A DNA stretch of 64,000 bases from Desulfobacteraceae bacterium UBA2174 (GTDB lineage Bacteria > Desulfobacterota > Desulfobacteria > Desulfobacterales > UBA2174), in NCBI GenBank assembly GCA_002327445.1, contig DCWA01000006.1:29662-93661 (forward strand). Reading direction: 5' to 3'. The notes beneath the pieces are model-generated. The model was not told where the DNA came from. It made no database searches and worked only from the letters and a program-made list of their open reading frames with translations. Below, one piece after another: positions 1 through 10,500 of the stretch. Numbering within the stretch: the first letter of the stretch is position 1; every line of letters begins with the position of its first letter. A program made the position numbers and the translations under genes.

Positions 1-1
1 C

Positions 2-415
2 TTGACCATGACGGCGATGCTGGCGGCGGCGGTGGCAATTTTCGGGGTGCGGATCCATGGGAGTCTCCTCCTGCTCTACGTGCTCACCGGGATCTACCTC
101 GTCGGCAACCTGGGGCTCGCCCTGTGGATCAGCGCCGGGGCCCGCACCCAGCAGCAGGCCCTGCTCACCGCCTTTCTCCTCATCATGCCCTGCGTGATGC
201 TCTCCGGGTTCATGTTTCCCATTCACAACATGCCCCTGATGGTCCAGGCGGCCACCTGGCTCAACCCCATGCGCTGGTATCTGACCATTCTGCGCGGGGT
301 GGTGACCAAGGGCGTCGGGCTGGCCACCCTCTGGCCGGCCGTGGCGGCTCAGAGCGCCTTGGCGGTGGGGTTTGTCCTTCTCGCCTCCCGGCGATTCCGC
401 AAGACCCTGCGGTAG
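2..415 (+). CDS. ABC-2 type transporter permease, C-terminal part (5' end outside window)
   Basis: Hydrophobic helices; motifs SGFMFPIHNMP and NPMRWYLTILRG typical of YbhR/YbhS-like permeases. Confidence 0.85.
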   Translation: MTMTAMLAAAVAIFGVRIHGSLLLLYVLTGIYLVGNLGLALWISAGARTQQQALLTAFLLIMPCVMLSGFMFPIHNMPLMVQAATWLNPMRWYLTILRGVVTKGVGLATLWPAVAAQSALAVGFVLLASRRFRKTLR

Positions 416-487
416 GGACGGATGCGAGGCGCGAATCTCGCGAACGAAAATTTGTCCGGGGGATGTTCGGTTCGGGTCTTCATTGCG

Positions 488-504
488 TTGGCACCCCGGG
501 TGCG
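488..504 (+). promoter_or_regulatory. Putative sigma54 -24/-12 promoter
   Basis: TGGCAC-N5-GTGC, one mismatch to TGGCAC-N5-TTGC, about 50 nt before ATG 552. Confidence 0.45.
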
Positions 505-551
505 TTATGAGCAGGCAGGATTTTCCATTCAACCCAAACGGAGAAGCCGGC

Positions 552-1334
552 ATGAAAACACGAATGCGCATCTGGAAAGGCGGCTTGATCTTGGCGCTGG
601 GGATGGCGTTGTGGATCGGTTTGGGGGAGGCCGAGGCCGGAAGCGACTGGCTCAAGACCGGCGGGGATCTGCTCAAGCAGGCTACCGGTTCGCCGGCCGC
701 CGGGGGGAAAAGCAGTGAAGGCGCCCTGGCGCCCGCGGAGATCGGCGAAGGGCTCAAGGAGGCGCTGCGCGTCGGCACGGACCGGGTGGTGGGCCGGCTG
801 GGCGCGGCGGATGGTTTCAACGCCGACCCCAAGGTGCACATTCCTCTGCCCAAGAGCCTGCAGACGGTTCACCAGGCCCTCTCGCGCGTCGGCATGGGGG
901 GGATGACCCAGGATCTCGAGCTGCGCCTCAATCGCGCCGCCGAGGCCGCGACCCCCAAAGCCAGGGACCTGTTTCTGGACGCGATTTCCCGGATGACCAT
1001 CGCGGACGCCCAAAAGATCTGGAAAGGGCCCTCTGACGCGGCCACCCGATACTTCGAAGGCAAGATGAGCGCGCCGCTGGCCGCGGTAATGCGGCCGGTG
1101 GTGGAAGAAAGTCTGACGGCGGCCGGGGCGGTCCAGGCCTATGACCAGGTCATGGGCCGATACCGGAGCCTTCCCCTCGTGCCCGACCTGAAGGCGGACC
1201 TGACCGGGCACGTCGTCGATGGCGCCCTCGGCGGTATTTTCAGCTACCTGGCCGAGGAGGAGGCCGCCATTCGTGCCAACCCGGCCCGTCGCACCACCGA
1301 ATTGCTCAAGAAGGTGTTCGGTTCAACCAACTGA
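552..1334 (+). CDS. DUF4197 family exported protein
   Basis: Signal peptide (AEA); GLKEALRVG, LNRAAEAA, EEAAIRANPARRTTELLKKVFG motifs; GGAG upstream of ATG 552. Confidence 0.85.
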   Translation: MKTRMRIWKGGLILALGMALWIGLGEAEAGSDWLKTGGDLLKQATGSPAAGGKSSEGALAPAEIGEGLKEALRVGTDRVVGRLGAADGFNADPKVHIPLPKSLQTVHQALSRVGMGGMTQDLELRLNRAAEAATPKARDLFLDAISRMTIADAQKIWKGPSDAATRYFEGKMSAPLAAVMRPVVEESLTAAGAVQAYDQVMGRYRSLPLVPDLKADLTGHVVDGALGGIFSYLAEEEAAIRANPARRTTELLKKVFGSTN

Positions 1335-1340
1335 TTCCCC

Positions 1341-2567
1341 ATGCGCCTGCTGCCCATTCTCATTTTCGTGCTGACGTACCTCGGGGTGGCGCTGGGACAT
1401 GTGCCGTGGCTGACCCTGGACCGTACCGGAATCGCCCTGCTGGGGGCCATCGCCATGGTGGCTTCCGGCGCCTTGCCGCTGGATTTTGCGCTCGGCGCCA
1501 TCGACCACGGGACGATCCTGCTGCTCTTCGCCCTGATGATCGTATCGGCCCAGCTCCGGCTGGGCGGATTCTACACCCGCGTGGCCCTCCACAGCGCCGG
1601 GCTGCTCGACCGCCCCTACCTGTTCCTCTTCGCCGGCATGCTGCTGAGCGCCGTGCTTAGCGCCGTACTGGCCAACGATATCGTCTGCCTGGCCTTCGCC
1701 CCGGCCATCGCCGTCAGCGTGCGCCGTGCCCGCCTCAACCCGGCCCCGTTTCTGCTCGGCCTGGCGCTGGCGAGCAACATCGGATCAGCGGCCACCCTCA
1801 TCGGCAACCCTCAGAACATGCTCATCGGCCAGGTGGGGCGCATGGCCTTTGGCCCGTTTCTCGCCTGGTGCCTGCCACCGACCCTCGTCAGCCTGCTCAT
1901 CGCCTTCGTTTTCTTGTGCGGCCTTTATCGTGGGCGGCTGACCGATCCCGGCCTCCGGACCCTCCCGCCCGACGACTGCCGTCTCCAGCCTTTCAACCGG
2001 TGGCAGAGCACCAAGGGGATCACGGCCACCACGGTGCTCATCGTCCTGTTTTTCACCGGGATTCCGCGCGAGTTGTCCGCCCTGGCCATGGCGGGGCTGC
2101 TCCTGTGCAGCCGACGCATGAAGTCCCGCGAGATCCTCGCCCTGGTCGACTGGCACCTGATCACCCTGTTTTGCGCGCTGTTCATCGTCATCGAGGGGAT
2201 CAGCCTCCAGGGGGGGCCGGAATGGATGCTGGACAGGCTGGCCGCCCGGGGAATTTCGCTTCGCGATCTGCCCGTGCTCGCCGGAGTCGCCGCCCTTTTG
2301 AGCAATCTGGTGAGCAACGTGCCGGCCGTGATGCTGCTGGTGCGCTTCCTGGATGCGGGGGCACCGGCGCAGTGGTACACCTTGGCGGTGGCCAGCACCT
2401 TCGCCGGCAACCTGATTCTCATCGGCTCCATCGCCAACCTTATCGTGGTGGAGCAGGCGCGCAACTGCGGGGTAGAGATCGGTTTCGTCGAGCACGCCCG
2501 GGTGGGGATCCCCACAACCCTGGCGAGCCTGGCGGTGCTTTGGGGATGGATCCATTTGGCCGGATGA
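1341..2567 (+). CDS. ArsB/NhaD (CitMHS-like) anion transporter
   Basis: Multi-TM; SAVLANDIVCL, SNIGSAATLIGNPQN, SNLVSNVPA, GSIANLIV motifs. Confidence 0.85.
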   Translation: MRLLPILIFVLTYLGVALGHVPWLTLDRTGIALLGAIAMVASGALPLDFALGAIDHGTILLLFALMIVSAQLRLGGFYTRVALHSAGLLDRPYLFLFAGMLLSAVLSAVLANDIVCLAFAPAIAVSVRRARLNPAPFLLGLALASNIGSAATLIGNPQNMLIGQVGRMAFGPFLAWCLPPTLVSLLIAFVFLCGLYRGRLTDPGLRTLPPDDCRLQPFNRWQSTKGITATTVLIVLFFTGIPRELSALAMAGLLLCSRRMKSREILALVDWHLITLFCALFIVIEGISLQGGPEWMLDRLAARGISLRDLPVLAGVAALLSNLVSNVPAVMLLVRFLDAGAPAQWYTLAVASTFAGNLILIGSIANLIVVEQARNCGVEIGFVEHARVGIPTTLASLAVLWGWIHLAG

Positions 2568-2863
2568 GCGGCTCGGAAAAGGTTGCAGGTTTCGGGTTTC
2601 AGGCTTGGGAATGGGGAAAGGGCCGGCTGGTGGTGGAGGAAGGGGAAGGTCCGAAATTCACCTCCCGAAATCGGACCTTTCGGCAACCGCCAAAAGGGTC
2701 AAAAAATGCTGTCCTTAGCATCCGATTTCGGTTAATAGAGCCCACACGGAGCGAGGTGGAACCGACCTGGACCAACGGGTTCCACCTGCCGCGCCGCCCC
2801 CGTCACCGATGGGAGCGGCGGCCGCCGCTTTTCCGTTGGCAGACCAGATTCTTAGGATTGCGC

Positions 2864-4273
2864 ATGAGCAGCGCACCAAAACGCATCCTCGTCATCTCCG
2901 CCGATCCGTCCCATTGCAACGCCATCGAGGCGGCTCTCAAGGACCGTTACCGGGTCCAGGGGGCAAGTGCCCTCGCGCGCGGGTTCGAGCTGTTCCAGGC
3001 CCAGCGCTATGAGGTCACCTTCATCGACTTGGCCGCCTTGGCCGAGGGCGAGCGCCCCGTGGATTACAAGCAGGCGCTCAATCGGTTTTTTCAGGTCTAC
3101 CCCACCGCCGGCGTCGTGGTGATGTGCACCCCGGCGACCCTGCGCGAGGCGGTGGCCGCCGTCAAGGCCGGGGCCAACGATTATTTGATCTGCCCGGTGG
3201 AATCCGACGAGGTCAAGCTGATCATCGATCATTTCTTCGATGCGCGGATCCGAGAGAGCGAACTGGACTACCTCTGGGATCAGTTCTGGGAAAAAGACGC
3301 CCTGGACCTGGTGCGCACCCGCAGCCCCTTGATGCGCGGCGTTTTCCAGAAGCTGCGCTCGGTGGCCCCCACCAAGACCACGGTCCTGCTCACCGGCGAG
3401 ACCGGCACCGGCAAGGGGGTCATGGCCCAGTTGATTCACAAGCACAGCAACCGGCGGGACCGGCAATTCATAAGCGTCCACTGTGGCGCCATTCCCGATA
3501 CCCTGCTGGAGAGCGAACTGTTCGGGCATGAAAAGGGCGCCTTCACCGGCGCCACCCGGCGCAAGCTCGGCAAGTTCGAAATCGCCAGGGACGGCACGAT
3601 TTTCCTGGACGAGGTGGCCTCCATCAGCGCCGCGGCCCAGGTCAAACTGCTCAAGGTGCTTCAGGAGCGGACTTATGAGCGGGTCGGTGGGGAGCAGACC
3701 CTCGAGGCCCAGGCGCGCATCATCGCCGCCACCAATATGGATCTGAAGGAGATGACCGAGGCCGGAACCTTTCGCAAGGACCTGTTCTACCGGCTCAACG
3801 TCTTTCCTATCGAAATCCCGCCCCTGCGTGAACGCAAGGAGGACCTTTCGCTGCTGGCCGAGTTGTTCGTTCAGCGGCTCAATCAGTTCTACAACAAGGA
3901 AATTGCCGGGGTTCACCCGGCGGTGCTCGGCGCTTTCGATGCCTACGACTGGCCCGGAAACATCCGGGAACTGGAGAATCTCATCGAGCGGGCCTACATC
4001 CTGGAAACGAGCAAGCTGCTAACGCCGGAGAGCTTCCCTGGCGAGTTGTTCAGCACCGCGCCCGTCGCCCAGGTCCCCATGGACGCTTCTCACACCCTGG
4101 CCGAGGTCCGGCGCCGCGGCATCGAACACATCGAGCGGCAGTATCTCAAGGAGTTGCTCACCGCCCAGCACGGCCGGATCAAAAACTCCGCCGAACAGGC
4201 CGGCATTACCACCCGCCAACTTCACAAGTTGCTCACCCGTTATCATATCCACAAGGAAGACTACAAAAACTGA
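2864..4273 (+). CDS. NtrC-family sigma54-dependent activator (receiver-AAA+-HTH)
   Basis: GETGTGK, ESELFGHEKGAFTGA, FLDEV, DLFYRLNV, WPGNIRELEN; start set to ATG 2864 because the ORF-track extension overlaps the transporter. Confidence 0.93.
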   Translation: MSSAPKRILVISADPSHCNAIEAALKDRYRVQGASALARGFELFQAQRYEVTFIDLAALAEGERPVDYKQALNRFFQVYPTAGVVVMCTPATLREAVAAVKAGANDYLICPVESDEVKLIIDHFFDARIRESELDYLWDQFWEKDALDLVRTRSPLMRGVFQKLRSVAPTKTTVLLTGETGTGKGVMAQLIHKHSNRRDRQFISVHCGAIPDTLLESELFGHEKGAFTGATRRKLGKFEIARDGTIFLDEVASISAAAQVKLLKVLQERTYERVGGEQTLEAQARIIAATNMDLKEMTEAGTFRKDLFYRLNVFPIEIPPLRERKEDLSLLAELFVQRLNQFYNKEIAGVHPAVLGAFDAYDWPGNIRELENLIERAYILETSKLLTPESFPGELFSTAPVAQVPMDASHTLAEVRRRGIEHIERQYLKELLTAQHGRIKNSAEQAGITTRQLHKLLTRYHIHKEDYKN

Positions 4274-4446
4274 AAAAAGGAACACCGGATTCTTCCCGTC
4301 GACGAAGTGGAACGTCCGGTTCCGACGCCCGACGGGTTGACGGGCCGGATGGACGATGCCGCGGCAGGGTGCGATGCCATGGGAAAGCTTGCCCGTGGCC
4401 GACGCGCGGGGCGTGATGGCTGCCGGCAATCGATTCACGCCGACTG

Positions 4447-4463
4447 TTGGCACGTCTGTTGCT
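4447..4463 (+). promoter_or_regulatory. Sigma54 -24/-12 promoter
   Basis: TTGGCACGTCTGTTGCT, perfect TGGCAC-N5-TTGC, about 60 nt upstream of ATG 4524. Confidence 0.8.
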
Positions 4464-4523
4464 CTGCTGGGGTAAGTTTGAAAGCAGGCGGACAGGTCCG
4501 TCCAGGGACAAGAAGGAGGAGAG

Positions 4524-4817
4524 ATGCGTCGGATGGGGAGTTGGACCCCGGTGTTTGCCGTGGCGGTGGTGGCGGCGCTGGTGACCCTGGCGGGGGCCGG
4601 CGAGGTGCCCACGGTGGAGCTGACCGGGGAAATCAACGAGATCTACCAGTTGGTCACCGAAGGCGGAGAAGTCTACGAGATCGGCATCAACGATGTGGGC
4701 AACGACCTGGTGGACAGCCACATCAACGAGAAGGTGCGCGTCCGCGGGACGATCAGCACGGCGGAAGACGGCGCCCGGGTCATCATGGTGACGTCTTTTG
4801 AAGTGATCTCCGAATAG
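4524..4817 (+). CDS. Small exported beta-rich (OB-fold-like) hypothetical protein
   Basis: Strong RBS AGGAGG; signal-peptide-like N-terminus; acidic beta-strand pattern (KVRVRGTI..DG.RVIMV). Confidence 0.7.
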   Translation: MRRMGSWTPVFAVAVVAALVTLAGAGEVPTVELTGEINEIYQLVTEGGEVYEIGINDVGNDLVDSHINEKVRVRGTISTAEDGARVIMVTSFEVISE

Positions 4818-4843
4818 CGGCCCGCCTTCGCGAGGCGCCTTGC

Positions 4844-5152
4844 ATGAAAAAAAGAAAAGACTTCCGCGACCAGGAAACTCGAGAAACCATTGCTGGCGTC
4901 GTGACGCCTTGCGGATGGGACGAGAACGGCCGGATCACCGCGGTGATGCTTTCGGCCCTGGACGATGAAGAGTATCTGATCGAGAACGGTGAAAAATTCA
5001 TCGACCTCGTCCATCACAACGTCCGGGCCAGCGGTGTCGTGAAGCGCGATCCCAAGCGTTTTCGCACCATCACCATCAAGAAGATCGTTTTGACCGAGCC
5101 CCCCGCCCCGGAAGAAACCGAGGACGGTTGGATCATCGAATCCCGAGGCTGA
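4844..5152 (+). CDS. Small cytoplasmic OB-fold-like hypothetical protein
   Basis: GAGG RBS; similar strand pattern to the upstream gene (EEYLI..NVRASGVV..RTITI). Confidence 0.65.
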   Translation: MKKRKDFRDQETRETIAGVVTPCGWDENGRITAVMLSALDDEEYLIENGEKFIDLVHHNVRASGVVKRDPKRFRTITIKKIVLTEPPAPEETEDGWIIESRG

Positions 5153-5295
5153 CGCGCTTCTCCCGGTGTGCGCGGAAAAAATGCCACCCCCAAAAGGGCG
5201 GCGGACGGCCCGAATGGGGGCGCTGACCGCCGACGCCGGCGGGATTCACTTTTAGGCCGCCCCGACGGGCGGTCCCCGAAAGGAGCATACAACGC

Positions 5296-5568
5296 ATGAA
5301 CAAACAGGAACTGATTGTCGAAGTCGAAAAGGCGATAGCCGACCGCAAAGCGGCCCGTACCGCGGTGGAAAGTCTGTTACAGCGCATCGAACAGGCGCTG
5401 CAGAAAGGGGATGCGGTCACGTTGACCGGTTTCGGCGCCTTCAAGGTGATCGAGCGCCGGGCCCGCACCGGCAGAAACCCGAAAACCGGTGCGCCTCTGC
5501 CCATCCCGGCCCGCCGCTCGGTGACTTTCACGCCGGGAAAAACTCTGCGCGAGGCCGTTGTCGACTGA
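5296..5568 (+). CDS. hup: HU family DNA-binding protein
   Basis: MNKQELI, GFGAF, ARTGRNPKTG, FTPGKTLRE; AGGAG RBS. Confidence 0.93.
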   Translation: MNKQELIVEVEKAIADRKAARTAVESLLQRIEQALQKGDAVTLTGFGAFKVIERRARTGRNPKTGAPLPIPARRSVTFTPGKTLREAVVD

Positions 5569-5871
5569 GACTTTCCCGCCATTGTTCTTCATGTCATCAA
5601 GGGGTGGGGATTGGGATCTGCAAGCGTCTGGGAAAAAACACCCGGGGAGCGGTTTCCCGCCGCGAACGACCGGGACCGGTTACGACGGTTGGTCAGGCGG
5701 AAAGCTGTTCTGCCGGAAGGTCCGCGCATGCCAGGCGTTTTTCACCGGGGAGTCGGGTTTGACAGGCGTCCGGCGCCGATGTACATGAAAAACGACACCG
5801 CATCCAATGCCTGATCCGCTTGCGAAAACCGGCTGGACGCCAGACCGGGTTTGGCCTCAAGGAGGACAGCA

Positions 5872-6144
5872 ATGCACGACTCCCACGACTACTTGCATGG
5901 GCACGATCACCACCATCACGATGCGCCGACGGACTTGCCCTTCGCCGCCAAACTGACCAAACGGCTCGAAAACTGGCATCGGCACAACGAAGACCATCTC
6001 GGCGACTATGTGCAATGGGTGGAAGAGGCCGCCGATCAAGGGTATCCGCAGGTGGCGGCCCATCTTCGGGAAGTGGTCGAGATGACCCGGCAGATCAGCG
6101 ATCGGATTGCCAAGGCCCTCGCGGCGGCCCAGGCGAAAAAGTAA
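5872..6144 (+). CDS. His-rich small helical protein, putative metal (Ni) binding
   Basis: AAGGAGG RBS; N-terminal HDSHDYLHGHDHHHH; WHRHNEDH motif; lies upstream of the hydrogenase operon. Confidence 0.75.
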   Translation: MHDSHDYLHGHDHHHHDAPTDLPFAAKLTKRLENWHRHNEDHLGDYVQWVEEAADQGYPQVAAHLREVVEMTRQISDRIAKALAAAQAKK

Positions 6145-6679
6145 AGCGATCGCAGCCCTGATGAATTTTCCGCGATAGGCGATTTCCGCGACCCACACCA
6201 GCGTGGCCCCCTCCTTTTGCACAATGAACCGGATGTGGCGGGACGACGGCATCGGCGTCTCCCGGACCCCGGTTTCCATCAAGGTGATCCCCCGGCGAGT
6301 TTTTCCATGGTCAACCGCCTCCGCCGGGGAAGCCCCCTCCTCATATCGGTGATTTCCGGTTCGCACCTATCTGAGGATTTCAACCCGGCCGCGATGTCCA
6401 GGATCCGGTGGCCGGTCATTGTTGCTCCTTCGGCCGCCCGCGACCCGTGGGCAGTTTCCCTGACATCCGCCGCCCGCGGCAGTAGTCATCCGCCCAAGCG
6501 TAAAATTTCCCCATTCGCCGCCAAAGGGGAGGGCGGATTGCCGGCGCAGTCCACTGGCAACCCGGTGGCCGCCGAAAATGGTGGGTCGGGCGATTCCAAG
6601 AGAAAGTGGAACGGATGAGCCAAAATTTCTGTTGCCATCGATGGGGAAATTAGTTATGCAGAAATAAAAGTTTGCAATA

Positions 6680-6722
6680 TTGGCATAAGGGTTGATGCAA
6701 ATATTGCACAAGATTGCACAAA
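6680..6722 (+). promoter_or_regulatory. Putative sigma54-like promoter plus direct-repeat operator of the hydrogenase operon
   Basis: TGGCAT-N5-TTGA (6681-6695, GA instead of GC) followed by ATGCAAA/TTGCACA/TTGCACA at 9-10 bp spacing in an AT-rich patch. Confidence 0.45.
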
Positions 6723-6760
6723 TTTTTTCCATCACAACCCAAGATCGTGGGGTGCGGATC

Positions 6761-7549
6761 ATGCTCAAACGCATTTACGAAAAGCCCCGGTTGGTGTTTG
6801 GCTGCGGCAACCCCTTGTTCGGAGACGATGGATTCGGCGCCGAGGTGATCCGGCTGCTCGAAACCGAGTACCACCTCCCGAACGACGTGGCCTGCCTGGA
6901 TGTGGGCACTGCGGTGCGCGACATCCTTTTCGACATGCTCCTGTCGGGCAAGTATCCCCGACAAATCATCATTGTCGATGCCATGGCCTTCAAGGAGGCG
7001 GCGCCTGGCGAAATTTGCGAGATCGGCCTCGACGACATTCAGCCGGCCAAGATCGTCGACTATTCGCTGCACCAGTTTCCCACCACCAACATGCTCAAGG
7101 AGCTGCGGCAACACACCGATATCGACGTCCGCATCCTGGTGGTCAACCCCGCGGTGATTCTTCCCGAGGTGCATCCCGGCCTTTCGGAGCCGGTGCAGGC
7201 CGCGGTGCGGCCCATGTGCGAGCGGATACTGGGTCTGCTGGCGCCGGTTTCCCAGGGCAGCCCGGGAGGCGATGCCGGAGGCCGCAGCCTCGTTTTCCGG
7301 GTCGGTGCCCTCGCCGCCCACCTCGGGGTGCACCGCAACACCGTGACCAACTGGATCAAGACCGGCAAGCTGAACGCCCGGCCCACCATCGGCAAGAAAT
7401 ACCTTGTCGAGGAAACGGAGCTTGAGCGGTTTGCCCGGGACGCGGGCATCGAACAAGCCGCCTGGCGGACCGCGATGGATGCCGGGACCCGTCATTCGCT
7501 GGTTCCCGGCGCTTTCCTTTCCACTCCTTCTGACCAGAAAGAGGTTCCC
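6761..7549 (+). CDS. Hydrogenase maturation protease (FrhD/HycI-like) fused to excisionase/MerR-like HTH; no stop before hdrA (frame continues)
   Basis: GCGNPLFGDDGFG, IIIVDA, SLHQFP, GLSEPVQAAV; then LAAHLGVHRNTVTNWIKTGKLNA..KYLV; same frame as ATG 7550. Confidence 0.85.
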
Positions 7550-10500
7550 ATGTCCCAATCCTCCATCGGAGCGGTAATGGTCGTCGGCGGCGGCATCGCC
7601 GGCATCCAGGCGACCCTCGACCTGGCCGAGTCCGGCTTCTTCGTCCACATGGTGGAAAAGAGCGCCGGCATCGGCGGGGTCATGGCGCAGTTGGACAAGA
7701 CCTACCCCACCAACGACTGCGCCATGTGAATCATCTCCCCGAAACTGGTCGAGGTCGGCCGGCATCTCAACGTGAACCTGCTCACCCTTTCCGAAGTCGT
7801 CGGTGTTTCGGGCCGGGAGGGCAACTTCACCGTCACCGTCAAGCAGCATCCCCGTTACATCGACATGGACAAGTGCATCGCCTGCGGGCTGTGCGCGGAA
7901 AAATGCCCCAAGAAGGTCGAAGACGAATTCAACATGGGGCTCAACAAGCGCAAGGCGGTCTACATCAAGTACGGCCAGTCCGTGCCGCTCAAATACGCCA
8001 TCGATCCGGCCCACTGCATCTACTTGACCCGGGGCAAGTGCCGGGCCTGCGAGAAGTTCTGCCCCACCGGGGCCATCAACTTCGACGATAAGGAAAAGAT
8101 CGTCACCCTCCAGGTGGGGGCGGTGATCCTGGCCCCCGGCTACAAGCCCTTCGATCCGTCGCCCTACGATTTCTACGGGTACAAAAAGATCGGCGATGTT
8201 GTCACCAGCCTGGAGTACGAGCGGCTGCTGTCGGCCAGCGGGCCGTGCATGGGACATCTCAAGCGCCCCTCGGACAACCGCGAGCCGCGCCGCATCGCCT
8301 GGATCCAGTGCGTCGGCTCCCGCAGTACCAACCGCTGCACCAACGCCTACTGCTCCAGCGTTTGCTGCATGTACGCCATCAAGCAGGCGCTGGTGACCGC
8401 CGAACACCTCACCGGCGACGGGTTGCAGCAGAGCATCTTCTACATGGACATCCGCAGCCCGGGAAAGGAGTTCGAACGCTTCTACGAGGACGCCCGGGCC
8501 AAGGGGGTCAACTTCGTGCGCGCCAGGCCGCATTCCATCGATCCGGGGCCTGACGGCCACGGCGTGCGCCTGCGCTACACCACCGAAGCCGGCGAGACGC
8601 TGGTGGAAGACTTCGACATGACGGTTCTGTCTGTCGGGCTGGAGGCCCCGGCCGACGCGCGCCAGATCGCCGACACCTTCGGCATCACCCTCGATGAATT
8701 CGGATTTGCCAGGACCGAGGCCTTTGCGCCGGTGAGCAGCACCCGGCCGGGGGTCTTTGTCACCGGCGCCTTCCAGGGCCCCAAGGCGATTCCGCGATCG
8801 GTGGCCGAGGCCTCCACGGCGGCGGCCGAGGCGGCCCACCTGCTCATCGACGCCCGCGGCACCCTCACCCATGAAAAAACCTATCCGGCCGAAAGGGACG
8901 TCTCCGGCGAAGCGGCGCGCATCGGCGTTTTCGTCTGCTCCTGCGGCATCAACATCGCCGGGGTGGTGGATGTGAAGGCGGTGGCCGCCTATGCGGCCAC
9001 CTTGCCCAACGTGGTCTTCGTGGACAACAATCTGTTTACCTGCTCGGCCGACACCCAGGTTCTGATCGCCAAGAAGATCGCCGAGCATGGGCTCAACCGC
9101 ATCGTAGTGGCCGCCTGCACCCCGCGGACCCACGAGCCGCTGTTTCAGGAAACGCTCAAGGAGACCGGCCTCAACGCCTATCTGATCGAGATGGCCAACA
9201 TCCGCAACCAGAACGCCTGGGTTCATCAGAAGATGCCCGAGCGGGCCACGGAAAAGGCCAAGGACCAGGTGCGCATGGCCGTGGCCAAGGCCTCGCGCAT
9301 GGCCCCGCTGGACCGCCTGCGGGTCGCCGTCAACCAGAAGGCCCTGGTGATCGGCGGCGGCGTGGCCGGCATGACCGCGGCCCTGACCCTGGCCGATCAG
9401 AAGATCCCCGTCGTGCTGCTGGAAAGCTCCGGTCGTCTCGGCGGCAACGCCTGGCGCCTGACGGATACCGACACCGGCGTGCCGATCCGTCCGATGCTCG
9501 AAGATCTGATCGGCCAGGTGGAAGGCCATCCGGAGATCCGGGTGATGAAAAACGCCCGGCTCAAGACGGCGGTGGGCTCGGTGGGCAACTTCGTCAGCCA
9601 GATCGAGGTAGACGGGCAGACCCTGGCCGTCACCTACGGGGCCGCCGTGGTGGCCGTCGGGGCCCGGGAGGCGGTGCCGGAGGAATACAGCTACGGCGAA
9701 AGCGACCGGGTCATGACCCACCTGGAGTTTGACGCCTTCGCCGATGGCCACGGCGTGGAAATCAAACAGGCTTCCAGCGTGGTCTTCATCCAGTGCGTCG
9801 GCTCCCGGGAGCCCAAGCGGCCCTATTGCAGCCGGGTCTGCTGCACCCACACGATGAAAAGCGCCATCCGCCTCAAGACCCTCAATCCGGACGTGCAGAT
9901 TTATGTTCTATACCGCGACATCCGCACCTACGGCAAACGCGAGGTCCTCTATCAGAAGGCCCGCGAGCTGGGGGTGATCTTCATCCGCTACGAGGTGGAA
10001 AGCAAACCGTCCGTCCGGCCGGAAGCCTCGGGACTGACGGTGTCCGTCTTCGATCCGATTTTGCAGCGCCCCCTGGAACTGTCCGCCGACTACCTGGTGC
10101 TGGCGGCGGCGGTGGAGCCCAATGACGACCGTCAGTTGGTGGAGCTGTATAAGTGCGGCCAGAACGAGGACGGTTTTCTCAACGAGGCCCATCCCAAGCT
10201 GCGCCCGGTGGACATGTCGGTGGACGGGCTCTTTGTGGCCGGCCTGTGCAACTACCCCAAGCCGGTGGATGAAAGCATCGCCCAGGCCAAGGCGGCCGCG
10301 GCTCGCGCCGCGGTGCTGCTGGCCCGCCATGAGATGCATCTGGATGCCATCAAGAGTTTTGTCACGGCAGATTGCGACGGGTGCGCCCTGTGCGTGGATG
10401 TCTGCCCGTACCGGGCGATTTCCCTGGAAGAGTTCCAGGACGCCGATGGCCATCCGCGCAAGCGCATCAAAACAGATCCGGCCCTGTGCAAGGGGTGCGG

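Noticed and set aside
1868-2863. N-terminal extension making an 801-aa activator (likewise 11385-12419 for MvhG and 17235-17513 for the cyclase)
   Set aside because: Overlaps real upstream genes in another frame with low-complexity Arg/Pro/Gly composition
5153-5295. Riboswitch upstream of the HU gene
   Set aside because: Hairpins possible, but no c-di-GMP, SAM, TPP or cobalamin consensus seen
6650-9850. 1066-aa minus-strand ORF and other long antisense ORFs (21483-24143, 31053-33959, 39706-42588, 44656-47433, 59244-62033, 62142-63983)
   Set aside because: Shadow ORFs of well-supported genes caused by GC-rich codon bias; no recognisable motifs
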